The position numbers were made by a program, and so were the translations under genes. The notes under the pieces were generated by a model that saw only the letters and a list, made by a program, of their open reading frames with translations, did not search any database and was not told the DNA's origin. DNA of 63,807 nt, the filler included, from Sphacelaria rigidula (taxonomy: Eukaryota), in the NCBI GenBank assembly GCA_964200075.2. It is 9 parts of 9 records of this genome, joined end to end, with 100 filler letters (N's around TTAATTAATTAA, not from the genome) between each part and the next. Parts side by side here need not be neighbours in the genome. Positions count along the whole stretch, not along the records: positions 49,708 to 56,707 come from CAXNAA020017019.1; positions 56,808 to 63,807 come from CAXNAA020017020.1; 7 more parts are not named here. One strand, written 5' to 3'. Positions 51,750-63,807 of this stretch are shown one piece after another (the stretch's first letter is position 1; the number at the start of each line of letters is the position of its first letter).

Positions 51750-54700
51750 TTGATTCCCCAGGGTGGTATTTACTGCCTGTGCTGTTCAATTTTACATGCG
51801 GGGCCGCCATCGCACGTGGTGTGTGTTTGATGGTGCATTTCCCGAAGCACGCAGTGTCGGCGGTGTGGCGAGAGCCGCCGCGTCAGGTGGCCCCTAGCGA
51901 AGTTGCCATAAGATCGTCTGTAGCCGCAGTATATGGTATCTGCGGTTATTGGGGGTAGACCTTGTGCAGGAGAGGGGGTATTCATTGTTTCTTGCCTTAG
52001 TTGTTTGGTCATTGACCTCGCATCTCTTTCGAGACGGAGCACGGAGGGGGTGGGGGGGCAGTGGTGTAGTTGGGCGGAAAGTCTGTGCCGGGGAGGGCGA
52101 GGGGACCGCGGCATGCATGCGTAGTATTTGCATCGTCTGGTGAATCGATTTATTTGTGAATCATGGGCTACTCTGTACATTTGCGAATCGGGGGATACTC
52201 TGTGTATTCACAGTGATGGTGACCGGGAGTTGGGCGTCAAATATCGTACAGTCTTTTGCATGCGTTTAGGTGATAGTTTCCCGCTGCCAATGTTTGGCCT
52301 CCGTCGTGTCGGCCAGCGTATGTCACTCATGTGAAGCGTTTCATACCATCGAACTTCTCTGGATCCTGGTGTTGTGTTGCATCTGTGCTCCTGAGACTAC
52401 GATGGGTCCCGGGCGACGTAGTACGGTTGATGTAGACGTGCATTGTATGTTTAATTTTTGAATACCCGGGGAAAATCCCTGACCAGGAATCAACTCCGGG
52501 CAAATAGCGTCACAGTATCAAGACGACTATCCGCAAACGTCAACTAACTCTAGTTCGCGGGAGCCCTTGTCCGGCAGAAGGACACACGCCTTTCTAAGCG
52601 CGTCATGAACGGTCGACTTTCCACACGAGGACCCAAGGAGGCCGGCCGCCCCCCCCAAGCAATGGGAGGATACCCTAAAGGAGCACATACATGCGCTAGG
52701 GACTGTCCCGCACAACGAAGCCCGACGAAAGTGGCTTGTCTACGGTGTAGAGATTAACAATGCATACGATGGGGTCACTGCGGCGAAGAACATGGGCAAA
52801 TGACATTTTGGAGTCGAAAAAGGAGCGGAAGAGTTTGAGGACACGTGGCGACGCGCAGACAAACGAGAATCAGACTGCCGTCACAAGCGAGAGGCTGCTG
52901 CGTCAAGGGCCGCTAATCGAAGAACCATATCTGCTCATATCGGTTGCTGATTACGTCCTTAGTCGGTGGCTCTGCGGTGCCCCCTAGTGTGTGTTTTTGT
53001 ATACTCTGCTGCCCTGAACCCCTTGGGCCTGTTCCTTTTTTTATTGTTCTCTATCCCATTCTGCTTTTTGCTTTTTTTGTCGTTTTAGGTCAGCCATATC
53101 TTTTTGTACTTTGCTTTTATTGTCTTTTTGGTTTCACGTCTTACTCTACTATGTCGTTCTGTGCGATCTTTTTTTCTGTTCCTTCTTTTCTTTGGTGAGT
53201 GTTTGAGTTTTGCTTTTTTTGGGTACGTCTATCATGCGACCACGGCTGGACCCCTGGGGGGTCAGTTAAGGTGCGACAATCAATCAACCGGTCAAAGTGG
53301 CTTTCCCCTGCCCCCGACCCCCGCCCGACTGGGGATGGTAGTGTCGGGGCTAGCTAACCCCAACCAACAACCAAATGACAAAACCACGCGTAGGAAAGAG
53401 TGACATGACCTACAGACTAGTCTGTGTTTTGTCTCAGCGGTGATGTAACAGACAGACTAGTCAGTTGGCCATGGCGACAGTGCTGCACTGCAAATTTCAC
53501 CCTCCAGCTGCTAAGTTTTACCCAGTCCTGGGATCCAAACTCAATCCCGCAGCAGCAGACTTTTTCCCGAAGTTGTGGGACTGTCACGGAAACCACCGTG
53601 GGGGCATATGGCCGGGATTCTCGAGCCAACAGTAGTAACGGCACCTCTTTGTGACACTTTGCAGGTGACGACAGGCTTTCCTGGTCAAACATTTCTTCCG
53701 CTCCCGAGGAAAGCACATCGCGTGCGGGGCACTACGAAAATTTCGAAGAACAAGTTTTTTTTTTCCAATATCTACATCGCCGGTTGTCGGGCGTTCCGGG
53801 ACCCCGGGGGATCATACGCCAATCACATGACAGTCTGGGATCCCCGATAACCGGCGAAATGAAAACATCGTTTTTTTGAAAGTTTCGTATGTCCCGGAGT
53901 GTAGTAGCGCAAACGTATAGTGTCTAACTCCAAGCATTGACGTGAGCGCTTGCGCCTTTGTGCGATGGAGTGACCTTGAAATGTACACAGTCCTCGTTTG
54001 ATGGTACTGTAGGAACGACGTTTCGGGTACGCTCAGCCTTCAAACGACGCCGTTGCATCAGTTTGTCGAGTCACGCAACGACACTCCGTACGCGTGTTTC
54101 TTGGACTACCCCAAAACGCGTACTTCTCTAATTTTTATTTTCAGGTATTCGTTTGCCGGCTTCCGGGGGTTTTCACGCCGGGGCCACCGAAAGCCGCTAA
54201 AGAGTAGAGATCCTTTGAAACATTTCACAATAATACTTCATTTCATTTGGTGCATCTCTGCCTACCGAACTTCGAAGTTTGGAGGCGGTCGGGACTTTCC
54301 TACGACAGATACAAGGGAGACCGTCAGGAGGCCTTCTGGGTCTTCGATGCATATCAGTGGAATTCCGACGACAAAACTTCACACCACCGAAATTCCCTAG
54401 AAATCGTTTTCACTTTTTTTCCCGTTAGATTTTCAAGCGCGCGAGAACAAGAATGTTGAACACAACTGTGTCTGCCCGAGAAGATACCCAGACTTTTGCT
54501 TCATTTCGGACGTGTGAAAAACTTGAACATCAATTCGATACCATGGGGGACAAGAACACGAAAAGTCGCCCTTACTACCGCGGGGGTCGAAGACTTCGAA
54601 GACACCATTTTCTCATCTCCATTCTGAACAAAGATGCGGACTTCTCCAGGTTGTTCTCCTGGGCCTTTAGCAAACATTAAGTAACCGTGCCTTGCCGTCC

Positions 54701-54789
54701 TCATCACTTGAAAACGTATAAGCTGGCTCTTATTTGCGCTCTCTTCTTGCTAGCGTGTGTTCACCTTTCCGTTCACATGCAACACGCTC

Positions 54790-55950
54790 ATGCACGCCAC
54801 GGAACCGTCGGTTGCCTTGCGGAGGTTGCCCTCGTCCTTAAAGTACGAGCACAGCGCTACGTTTCCCAGCCCGCAATACTTCTTGCACCTACAAGCCCCT
54901 GCCGTCTTCGTTAGGAGTACGTTTTCATGCCAATCGTCCACCCACTCGGCCGCCGGGGCATCTTCCTCCCCTCCTCCAACGCCAGCCACCGGTTCCGTTG
55001 TTTCCCGCGTAGTTGTGGGCCTCCCTGCATGGCACTCGGACATTAGCACCTCATTTTCGATCGACATGGATGACACCTGTTTTATGGCGATGGGGCCATT
55101 GACCTCTTTGGAGCCATTGCTCGGGTTTTCGTCGCGGCGTCTTCGTCGGGCCGCAGAACCCCGTCCGCCCAAACATCTTCAACTCCTCCTCAGTGAACAG
55201 TGAATGATCCGCACGTCCAGGCTGAAGATCCACGACTGCAAACATGCCCAGTTGTTCTCGAAGGCCATTCGCAGCTGCATCTCGAGAATCTGACGCCAGA
55301 AGTTCCTCTAAGCCCTGTGTTTGAAGGTGTACGTGTCAGTATTTTGATCCACCACGTTCACTCCACCCATTCTGGCATTGGGTGCCAGTCGGCAAGGAAG
55401 CTGTTTGCCTCACCCAGTATTTGCCTTTGACCCGCTGGCAGGAGATCGCCTGTATTAATCACGTGTTCCGCCCAGCCGTACAAGGTCGCAACCATGACGT
55501 GAAGCCGGAGCGGGCGGGTGGTGGGCGGTGGGAAAGGGGGGCGAGGGCACATGGGTATTGGCAATGGTGGAGATATGGTGTGTTGACCGCCAAACCCGTG
55601 CTCCTTGATACTATTTACCGGCTGATCCCACCACTTGACATTAAAAACGTCCCTTCGGCGTAAACAGGTCTGGCAGTATCATGAAGGAACAGCATGAATA
55701 CGCAACCTGCAACCCGAGGGTTTACGTGAAGCGTGCCGCGCGTTCTGATCGGTCGTCCATGAATTTGTAATCATCGCACACAATCCTGGAGCTACTTCTA
55801 CCTGTTGGCAGTGCAAGTTGGTGGTGAGGTGCGAAAAATAATCCCGCCCAAATTCTTGCCTTATTCCGCCGATTATTGGCGGGCGTGTACTTGGTATCGA
55901 GGCCAGAAAACTATACCTGTTTCGGCTTGCAAGTTGTCGCCGTTCGAACA
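54790..55950 (-). pseudogene. piggyBac transposase pseudogene
   Basis: A minus frame at ~55220-55385 reads NARMGGVNVVDQNTDTYTFKHRA*RNFWRQILEMQLRMAFENNW, the YNxxMGGVDxxD...WW...NAW block. A Cys-rich C-terminus follows (CRCKKYCG..VALC). Confidence 0.8.
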
Positions 55951-56707
55951 TTGGCGAGCAAACAATTGAGGAAATGTAGGCTAGTGGACAATATTTCCGT
56001 ATTTCTTCGAAATTGATTTATGTTGCTCTTTCGCTTGAAGTAAAACAATTTCGACCTGAAACTTTGACGACAGGTGGAAATGGATCGATCAAACACCATG
56101 CCTAGGGGAGTATCCATTCTTGTTCGATCCCCAACGTATGGGTGGAGTTTCCGACCGCGGCAGCTCGGTAAAATTGATACGAATCTGGAAATAAATAACG
56201 ATTTAGGAAACCCCCCTAGGCATGGCCTGTGAATTCTCGATAGTTGTCTTTTGCCGCTGGTGAGGCAACTCGTGAACATTGCAAATTACAACTTGCTCGT
56301 CGAGTGTGCTACGAGCCATGTGAGTCCTCGTGGGGAAAGATTCTTGCTTGTTCAAGACGACTATTTCGACTTGCACGTCATGGTGAAACTAGAACCAAAC
56401 TTGGAAAGTGGCAACGCATTCGACTCGTCACTCATGTGGTGCCGGCTTTGCGTTATTTTGCTGATTAGATGATTGAATAAGCGATCGGTTGTCGCATGTT
56501 GGCTGGTTTCCCAGGAATATGGCTGTCGTCACAAGATAGGCGTTCCCAACGCGAGTAAGAACATGACCCAGTGAAGGAAACTGTCTGATTGGGGGCGGTG
56601 TACTCATGATTGGGGGTGTGGGGGGGGTTTGGGGGGGGGGGGGGGGGGGGGACCTCTTTTTTGTGTTGTTTGGCGGGGGGACCCTTACCCCACCACCCCC
56701 TTTCAAA

Positions 56708-56807
56708 NNNNNNNNNNNNNNNNNNNNNNNNNNNNNNNNNNNNNNNNNNNNTTAATTAATTAANNNNNNNNNNNNNNNNNNNNNNNNNNNNNNNNNNNNN
56801 NNNNNNN
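56708..56807. other. Artificial contig spacer
   Basis: N44-TTAATTAATTAA-N44. Confidence 0.98.
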
Positions 56808-57584
56808 GAAGGTACCGACTGTATCACGGGTGATAAACACCATATGCCTTGCACGAGCAGGGGTACGTGGGATGAGAAGTAACCCAGCTACCGCACGGGC
56901 GTGGTACGAAGTAGATTGACATTAGATATCACAAATACTCCGTACTAGCCAAGTTGCTGCCTCTTTTCTTGGGCCGCTGCCGTCAGCCAGCCTGACCCAG
57001 CCTCAGCGCTCGGGCCGAGGCCGGATATACATGGCTTGAAAAGCGGTGTGAGCCATGACTTTTTCTTTTTTTCAGTGTGCTCATGAGTTGAGTGGGGCAA
57101 TGCAGCTTTCATGAAGAAATGTTGTGCAAGACATACGTTTTCACGGAGTATATTGCTTGGCTATTGCACTCCGTTGCGCAGGTGTTAAACGTACGAAAGA
57201 GGAACTTGTATGTTGAACGGTATCGCATGCGAGAGACGAATTATCACGATGGCTTCAGAATTCGAAGTTCGTTGACGTTTACATTTTCCTTGCCGGTTTG
57301 GAGTCAGGAGACTTGTGTGAAGCATGAGTTTGAAAATTGGGCGTCAGCTATCGCTCCGTGACTCGCAGAGATGCAAGTGGCGTGATTGCGTATTCATGAT
57401 GGACGTTTTGGATATCTTGCAAGTTATTCGGAAACCGGACAAGCGTGTATGGCTGTTATCGTATCCTGCGGTAGGGGTTGATATTCTACATCGAAAATGA
57501 CTGTAGACTCCGGCAACAATGATGTCTGAGTTTATCAAGCTCTAGGTTGACTACTTGTTGGTAGTAAGCGAGCTTTGGGGGTGC

Positions 57585-57864
57585 TATAGACCCCGGGCAA
57601 CATTGTTACCTTCATTCGGTACATCCCTGCAGTGGAGAAAGGCATAGCAGGCGTTTATAGTCTGGGATGGATAAGGGGTCTGAGAGTATGATCGGTGGAC
57701 TCCGTGATGTATGATCTTTGCATACGAAGTGCAAGGTCACTTCTGGTTCACGAAAGACTGCTGTTTGTATGATTGCTTGAGTCTTGAAGTCTCTGGAGCC
57801 CGTGACAGGGAAGAAGCCTCTGAAGCAGCACTGTAACCTTGTTGTGATTTCAGGGAGGTTTACA
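57585..57864 (+). mobile_element. Gypsy 3' LTR preceded by a PPT-like tract
   Basis: TATAGAC...GTTTACA. Homologous to 58718-59002. Confidence 0.75.
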
Positions 57865-58093
57865 CCAGAGACTTCACGACTCCAGCAGTCATACAAACAG
57901 CAGTCTTCCTTAAAAGCGGGAGTAACCTGTCACCCCCTTGAACACATATACTGTCAAGCAGTCATGGTCATACTCCAGAGAATATCTTATGACCTAATAT
58001 CATCAGGCAAAGTTCATATCCAAACCTCCATGAATTTACCTGCAGCTCCTCATGCATCTGCACGTGTACTAGATAGAGGTAGACTACTCTATA
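57865..58093 (-). mobile_element. Inverted LTR fragment of a related family
   Basis: Reverse complement of 59437-59583 plus 60186-60260. Confidence 0.7.
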
Positions 58094-58096
58094 GGC

Positions 58097-59436
58097 GCAT
58101 GCTGTCGCTTTGTCATATCCCAAGGAGGGGTATGAGGTGCTGATAATCCCAGACGCATCGGATCTACCCTGGGGAAGTTGTTTTACACAGGTGCCGGAGG
58201 ATGAGCTGGGCGGTACATTGGCGGTGGAAGACATGAGCCATGAGCCGATGGGGTTTCTTAGCGGAACTTTTCGTGGGGCGCAGGTTCGTTGGCCTATGGT
58301 GGACAAGGAAGGCTGTGCAATCGTAAGAACTTTCCGTAGATTGGAGTATCTTTCATGGGGTGGGGTACATATCTTCGCCGATCATCGTAACCTAGCATAT
58401 ATTTTTAGTCCCGAGGCGTGCGTTGCATCTGTGGCTAAGACTGCTGCCCAGAGGCTCGAGCAATGGAAGGCTGCTCGGGCAAAACGATTACTCCATCAGG
58501 CACGTTGCTGGTGAGCGCAACTGCTGGGGAGATATATTGTCGTCAAGGTGGGTAAACGTTCCGACGGTGTCTGCGCGTGCTGCAGCCGTGTTTGCGAGCG
58601 GTCAGCCTGATGAAACGCTGCCGTCGAAGAACGCTATTCGTGAGGCCCAAGAGCAGGCTCAAGCCGGGTTCGGAGTGATTGTTGCTGGAGCTCCTACGTT
58701 CGCAACAGCTGTTGGGCTGTAGACTCCGGGCAGCATTGTTACCTTGATTCGGTACATGAGTGCAGTGGGGAAAATGCATAACAGGCGTTTATAGGCTCGT
58801 TAATGGATGACGGGTCTGAGAGTATGATCGGTGGACTCCGTGATGTATGATGTTTGCATACGAGGTGCGCAGGCAACTTCTGGTTTTAACGAAGACTGCT
58901 ATTTGTATAACTGCTTGAGTCTTGGAGTCTCTGGAGCCCGTGACAGGGAGGAAGCTTCTGGAGCAGCACTTCGATCTTGTTCTGATTCCAGGTAGGTTTA
59001 CAGAGCGAGTTTCGAAAGACGGTGAGGGTTTATTTGGCGTGCATGTAGTATGGCGGAATGTGTTGTGGATCCCTCCGTAAGCCAAAGAGCTGTAAACACG
59101 CTTGATGGTGTGTGCTCACATAAAGGAGGCGGACCATCGAGTGCTGTGGCGACACTACAGCGGCTGCAAGAGTATTGCTGTTGGTTTCGGATGGAAGCTC
59201 ATGTGACAGATTGTGTGAAGAAATGCTTGCATTGTGTGGATTCGAAGCGGGTGAGACGGTCTCGCCACCACTAGGGGAGACAGTGCATGGCACATGGCCC
59301 GGTGAGATGATACAATTTGATTATCTGTACGTCGGCGAAAGTGGTCCGTTGGGCGAGAGCGGCCTGGATGAATGCGGCGGATACAAGTACATATTTGTAA
59401 TGATGGATGATCTGCGCAATTCCGTGTGGTTGAAGC
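58097..59436 (+). pseudogene. pol: Ty3/gypsy pol fragment: RNase H, integrase zinc finger and start of core
   Basis: PDASD..WG...EPMGFLSGTF...DKEGCAIV...FADHRNL. LQEYCCWFRMEAHVTDCVKKCLHC. IQFDYLYV...YKYIFVMMDD. Confidence 0.92.
58718..59002 (+). mobile_element. Solo LTR inserted in gypsy pol
   Basis: TGTAGAC...GTTTACA with GGGC/GAGC near-TSD. The pol frame resumes after it. Confidence 0.8.
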
Positions 59437-59583
59437 TGTACGGTATGTAGTCCACCTCGAGTACACGTACAGATGCATGAGGAGCTGCAGGTTGATCCAT
59501 CGAGGTTTGGATGTAAACTTTGCATGATGATAGTAGCTCATGAGATATTCTCTGAAGTAAAACCATGACTGCTTGACAGTATA

Positions 59584-60185
59584 CTTCCTCTGTTCCATAA
59601 GTCTGGTCGGTTATGTTCATACGAGACCTTAACGGTGTCCGATTTGATTTTCGATGTTTTTATTGCATTCGTTGGCGTTTTTCGAGCTAAAAACAGCACT
59701 CTTTCTACAACTTGAGTGCTGAACGCGTGCAATCTCGCGATCGAGAAAACGTAGGTCGGCCAAAAACGGCAACTGTTCACTTTTTTTCCCAGTAAGGATG
59801 GGGGATCCGGGAACACGAAAAATCGCGAAAAACCGCGAAAAAATCGTGAAAATCGCAAAAGAACCATTGGTGTTAGATATCTCCGCGACGATAACCTACG
59901 CACGCCCCATCAGACATATTTTCAGCATGTAATCGCTAGTGTTTGACGTAAAAACGTCCAAAATTGGTCAATATTGGGGTATACGTGGACCAAAAATGGG
60001 TCAACATGGGCGAATTTTGACGTTATTTTAGTATGGGCCGGTAACTTTTTATTTATTCATTATTCTTGCATCAGCTTCGTTGGCGCTTTATCTTTCCTAC
60101 GAACCAACTATAGGATATTCGGAAGACTTTGCATGCGCAAACGATTAAAAGCCCATAACCGACCAGACTTATGGGACAGAGGATG
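59584..60185. mobile_element. Stowaway-like (Tc1/mariner) MITE inserted in an LTR
   Basis: TA|CTTCCTCTGTTCCATAAGTCTGGTCGGTTATG ... CATAACCGACCAGACTTATGGGACAGAGGATG|TA. Confidence 0.88.
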
Positions 60186-60514
60186 TATTCGAGGAGGTGC
60201 AAGGTTACTCCCGGTTTTAACGAAGATTGTGTGTTTGTGAACAACAACTGTCTTAAACTCCAAGCTCTATTGAGAGAGGAAGCCCTTGGAGCAGTCTTGT
60301 GACGTTGTTCTGAGTCCAAGAGGGGTCTATAATGAATAAACTTTCATTCCGAGAACCCGCTGGTTTCCGGAAAAGGTTTTTTCAGCTGCGGACAGTCTTT
60401 GCAAGACAGAAAATGTATTGTACACAGACAGGTGTGCAATCTGTAACGCGAGGCAGCTCGTTGAACAGAGGGACGGCTACGTTGGCTGGAAGCATTGCGT
60501 GCCGCTAAGAAAGA

Positions 60515-61550
60515 ATGGCAGCGCGCGGGAAAAGAAGTGGAAGCGATGCAGGCGATGAGGTGACGTTTAAATTTACTGAGCTTATGCCAGGTGGATCGCT
60601 GAAAGCACCGGAGTACGGATGGCGCTTCAGCGAAGACGCCTCCAGACGGTTTTTTCAAAACCATGGGGATCATGAAGAGAGCGTACGACTAAGCAATAAG
60701 GGGAGGACAGTACAGGCCGCTTTATTGACCGTGCTAAAACTCGTGCCGAAGCACATTCGCGCGTGTTTACCACGTACAATATTTGACGGCTCCGTACTCG
60801 ATGATGAACATCTAAAGGAGGCACTAGGTCGACATGCAAAATGTTGGATTGCTTCAAAGATCGATTCTTCACTTGCTGCAGCAGGTGTGCGGAAGGCGTT
60901 GGCCGCTCGCAACGAGCCGACTGCCATGGGTAACATTGAGGAACAGTGGGGTGCCCTCGAGGAAATATTTTGCCGAAAATGCGTGCATCAAGCGCGCGTT
61001 CCGCGAGGACGAAATGTTCAAAGCAGGACCCGCTCAAATAATAACGCGGGAATTGCTCGCAGGCCTTTCCCCCCTCTGAATTCAAGACAAAAATGCTCAA
61101 CATGCTTCACATGAAGGGGAGTGGAGAGAGGACCCTGGGCTCGTTGTATGATACGACTCAGGAAGCAGCAGAGGCATGGCAGACGGTAGAAGCAGCTGAT
61201 AAACAGCGCCGACACCAGCCACAGCTGAAACAGAAGGGTGGCAGCGGGACCTCCGGGTCCAAGCGCGAACCGAACGGTGAAAAAACGGCGACCACTGGCA
61301 GTGGGACTACCAGATCCGGGAAATCTCGGAAGCCGGGCCCAAGCTGTGCAGGTTGTTTCTCACGGGGAGACAAGGGTCACTTCGTGAAGGATTGTAAGCA
61401 GCAATGCCATGCTGCTGCTCGACAACATACTGCAGGTGGGCAGTCGAAGGCCGACGACACCCAGCAACAACACCAGCAGCTGTTGTAGGGCCCCGGACAG
61501 GTGCCTCGAGGAGGGGGCAAGGGTCCTGGCGCTACAAGCGATGTATTGCT
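60515..61550 (+). pseudogene. gag: Gypsy gag, frameshifted and truncated by the next LTR
   Basis: FKFTELMPGGSLKAPEYG... and a degenerate knuckle CFSRGDKGHFVKDC. Paralog of 62005-63000. Confidence 0.8.
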
Positions 61551-61553
61551 ACA

Positions 61554-61830
61554 TGTAGAGTAGGTCCAGTACACGTACGTGCAGGTTCATGATGATCCAC
61601 AAGTGGAACAATCTGCTGTAGGCGTTTTCTATTGGTTGACGGACTTGCGGGTCTGATCGGCAGACTATGTGGATTTGAACATCACATGCTTCACGCTTGT
61701 GGTTACTTCCGATCACGAGGGCTGTGTGTTTATGGATAACAACTGCCTTGAAGTCTCCAGACCCTGGTGAGGGAGGAAGCCCTTGGAGCAATCTTGTGAC
61801 CTTGTTCTGAGTCCAGGAGGGCTCTATAAT
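61554..61830 (+). mobile_element. 5' LTR of the following gypsy copy
   Basis: Begins TGTAGAGTAG. Its 3' part matches 60240-60335 and the other LTRs. Confidence 0.65.
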
Positions 61831-62004
61831 AAACGTTTATTAAGAGGATCCCGCTGGTTTCTGGAAGAGGTTTTTCAGCTGTGGACAGCTGCGGAGAAAT
61901 TATCTAAAAATTTGAACGCAGTAGTGTGCACACTGTAACGTGAGGGAGCTTGCTGGCAACGGAGAGACGGATAGGTTGGCTGGAACTGTTGCGTGCAGCT
62001 AGCT

Positions 62005-63598
62005 ATGGCAACGCGCAAGAAAGTGGGTGATGGCGATGCAAGCGAAGAGGTGAAGTTTAAGTTTACTGAGCTTATGCCTGCAGGATCGCTGAAAGCCCCA
62101 GAGTACGGACGGCATTTTAGCGAAAATGCGTCCCGACGTTTTAATCAGAAATACGTCGAGTATGAAGAGGCGATCAAAGTGAACAACAAAGGACGTAGCA
62201 TGCAGGCCGTCTCACTGACTGTTACTGAACTGGTGCCGAGGCACATCCCGTGCGTGTTTTGTCACGCGCGATTTTTGACGGATCTGTGCTCGCCGAAGAT
62301 GATCTCAAGGAGGCACTAGGCCGACATGCGAAATGTTGGTAGGATGAAGAGATTGATCCTTCAGTTGCTGCCGCTGGTGTGCGGAAAGCGTTGGCGGCCC
62401 GCAACGAGCAAACTGCAATGGGAAGAGCAGAAGGGCAGTGGGGTGCCCCTGGAGGAATTTTTTGCGGAGAATACTAGCGCTGAGCGTGCGTTCCGCGATG
62501 ATGCAGATTTCAAACCAGGACCCGCTCAAATCTTGACTCGGGAAATGTTGAATGAACTGACCCCCCCGAATTCAAAACTAAAGTCCTCAACATGTTGAGC
62601 ATGAAGGGGGGTGGAAAGAGGACCCTGGGCTTGTGTTTAACACGGCTCGGGAAGGAGCGGAGGCATGGAAGACGGTGGAAGCGGCGGATAAGCAGCGCCG
62701 TCAGCAGCCGCAGCTGAAACAAAGGAGTGGCAGCGGGACCTCCGGATCCAAGCGCGAACCAAATGGTGGAAAAAGGGCGACCGCTGGCAGTGAGACTGCC
62801 AATTCCAGGAAATCTTGGAAACCCGGCCCAAGCTATGCAGGTTGTTTCTCATGTGGAGACAAGAGCCACTTCGTGAAGGATTGCAAGCAGCAAAGCCAAG
62901 CTGCTGCTCCACAACATACTACACGTGGGCAGTCGAAAGCCGGCGACAAGCAGCAGCAACAACAGCAGCTGTCGCAGGGCCCTGGACAAGTGCCTCGCGG
63001 AGGGGGCACGAGTCCCGCCCCTACAAGGGCTGTCTTTTCAGCCGATGGACAAAGTGCTCCCAGCGGGGGGGCGACGTTGCCACCAGAACCAGTCGTTTCT
63101 ACTGGTGGCGTGCAGCAGACCATCTCATCGCACTCGTTCCCGCATTCGAACTCTGCGGCGGTGCCAGCATGGAGATCGCTCAAAGCGGGTGAGGTGTCAG
63201 ATTTTCAATCTGAGGGTCTGCAAGTAGATCACAAGGAAAGGTGGTGTCTTGCCGACTTGTCTGTCCCGAGTGCAGGGGCAAAGGGTGTTTGTCCGGTCAA
63301 GGCCATTTTAGACTCGGGATCTGGAATTACGACTATGTCAGTGGGTGTAGCGGTGAAATTACAAGCTATGGTTCCAGATGTTCGAGTGGTCACACCGATG
63401 GTTGATGAACAGCTGGTGACACTGGCTAACGGCAATGTTGAGCGCGTGAAGCAGAAAACTTACCCTGTCCGAACCGCTTTACACACCAGCTGGGGACCGG
63501 TTGTGCTGGACCGGTGTTCATATGCAGTCATGCCGGGTACAGATGATGTGATCATCATGGGGAGCCCTACGCTGGAGGCGCTGGGCATTGACGTGTAA
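62005..63598 (+). pseudogene. gag-pro: Gypsy gag-protease, frameshifted
   Basis: CFSCGDKSHFVKDC knuckle. Retropepsin KAILDSGSGIT...VIIMGSPTLEALGI. Confidence 0.88.
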
Positions 63599-63807
63599 CG
63601 AGCGAGGTGTAAACACGCCTGACTTTACGGATTGTCGGCGTGTCAGTACCGCGGCTGACGCTTTACAGCAACCGGGAGGCCGGGCGGAGCCCGTTTATTC
63701 CTCAGTCAAGCGGTTGTTGTCGAGAAGTCCGGCGATGAGCATATCCCCGGAACAAGAGCTTGCTGAGCTTGATGTTGCGCCGGAGGAGGCAGTACAAGCC
63801 GCCGCGG

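Overview
This is not one locus. It is nine unrelated ~7-kb contigs (7002, 7002, 7001, 7001, 7001, 7000, 7000, 7000, 7000 bp) joined by 100-bp N44-TTAATTAATTAA-N44 spacers. The DNA is eukaryotic and transposon-rich. A brown alga (Phaeophyceae) is my best guess, from the TE protein styles, GT-AG exons with long introns and TTAGGG tracts; this is inference. Content is mostly decayed mobile DNA: Ty1/copia and Ty3/gypsy (chromodomain) LTR retrotransposons, including a nested gypsy stack, APE-type LINE fragments, a tRNA-derived SINE, piggyBac remnants and many MITEs. Host-gene evidence is limited to two exons of a predicted N-myristoylated TKL-type protein kinase, whose kinase exon is missing from the ORF track, and one orphan exon. 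The most unusual object is a 471-bp TGT...ACA element with a 4-bp TSD. Each of its terminal inverted repeats is a ~88-bp palindrome fused to an inward-facing tRNA-like A/B-box unit. No CRISPR array, rRNA or convincing tRNA gene was seen.
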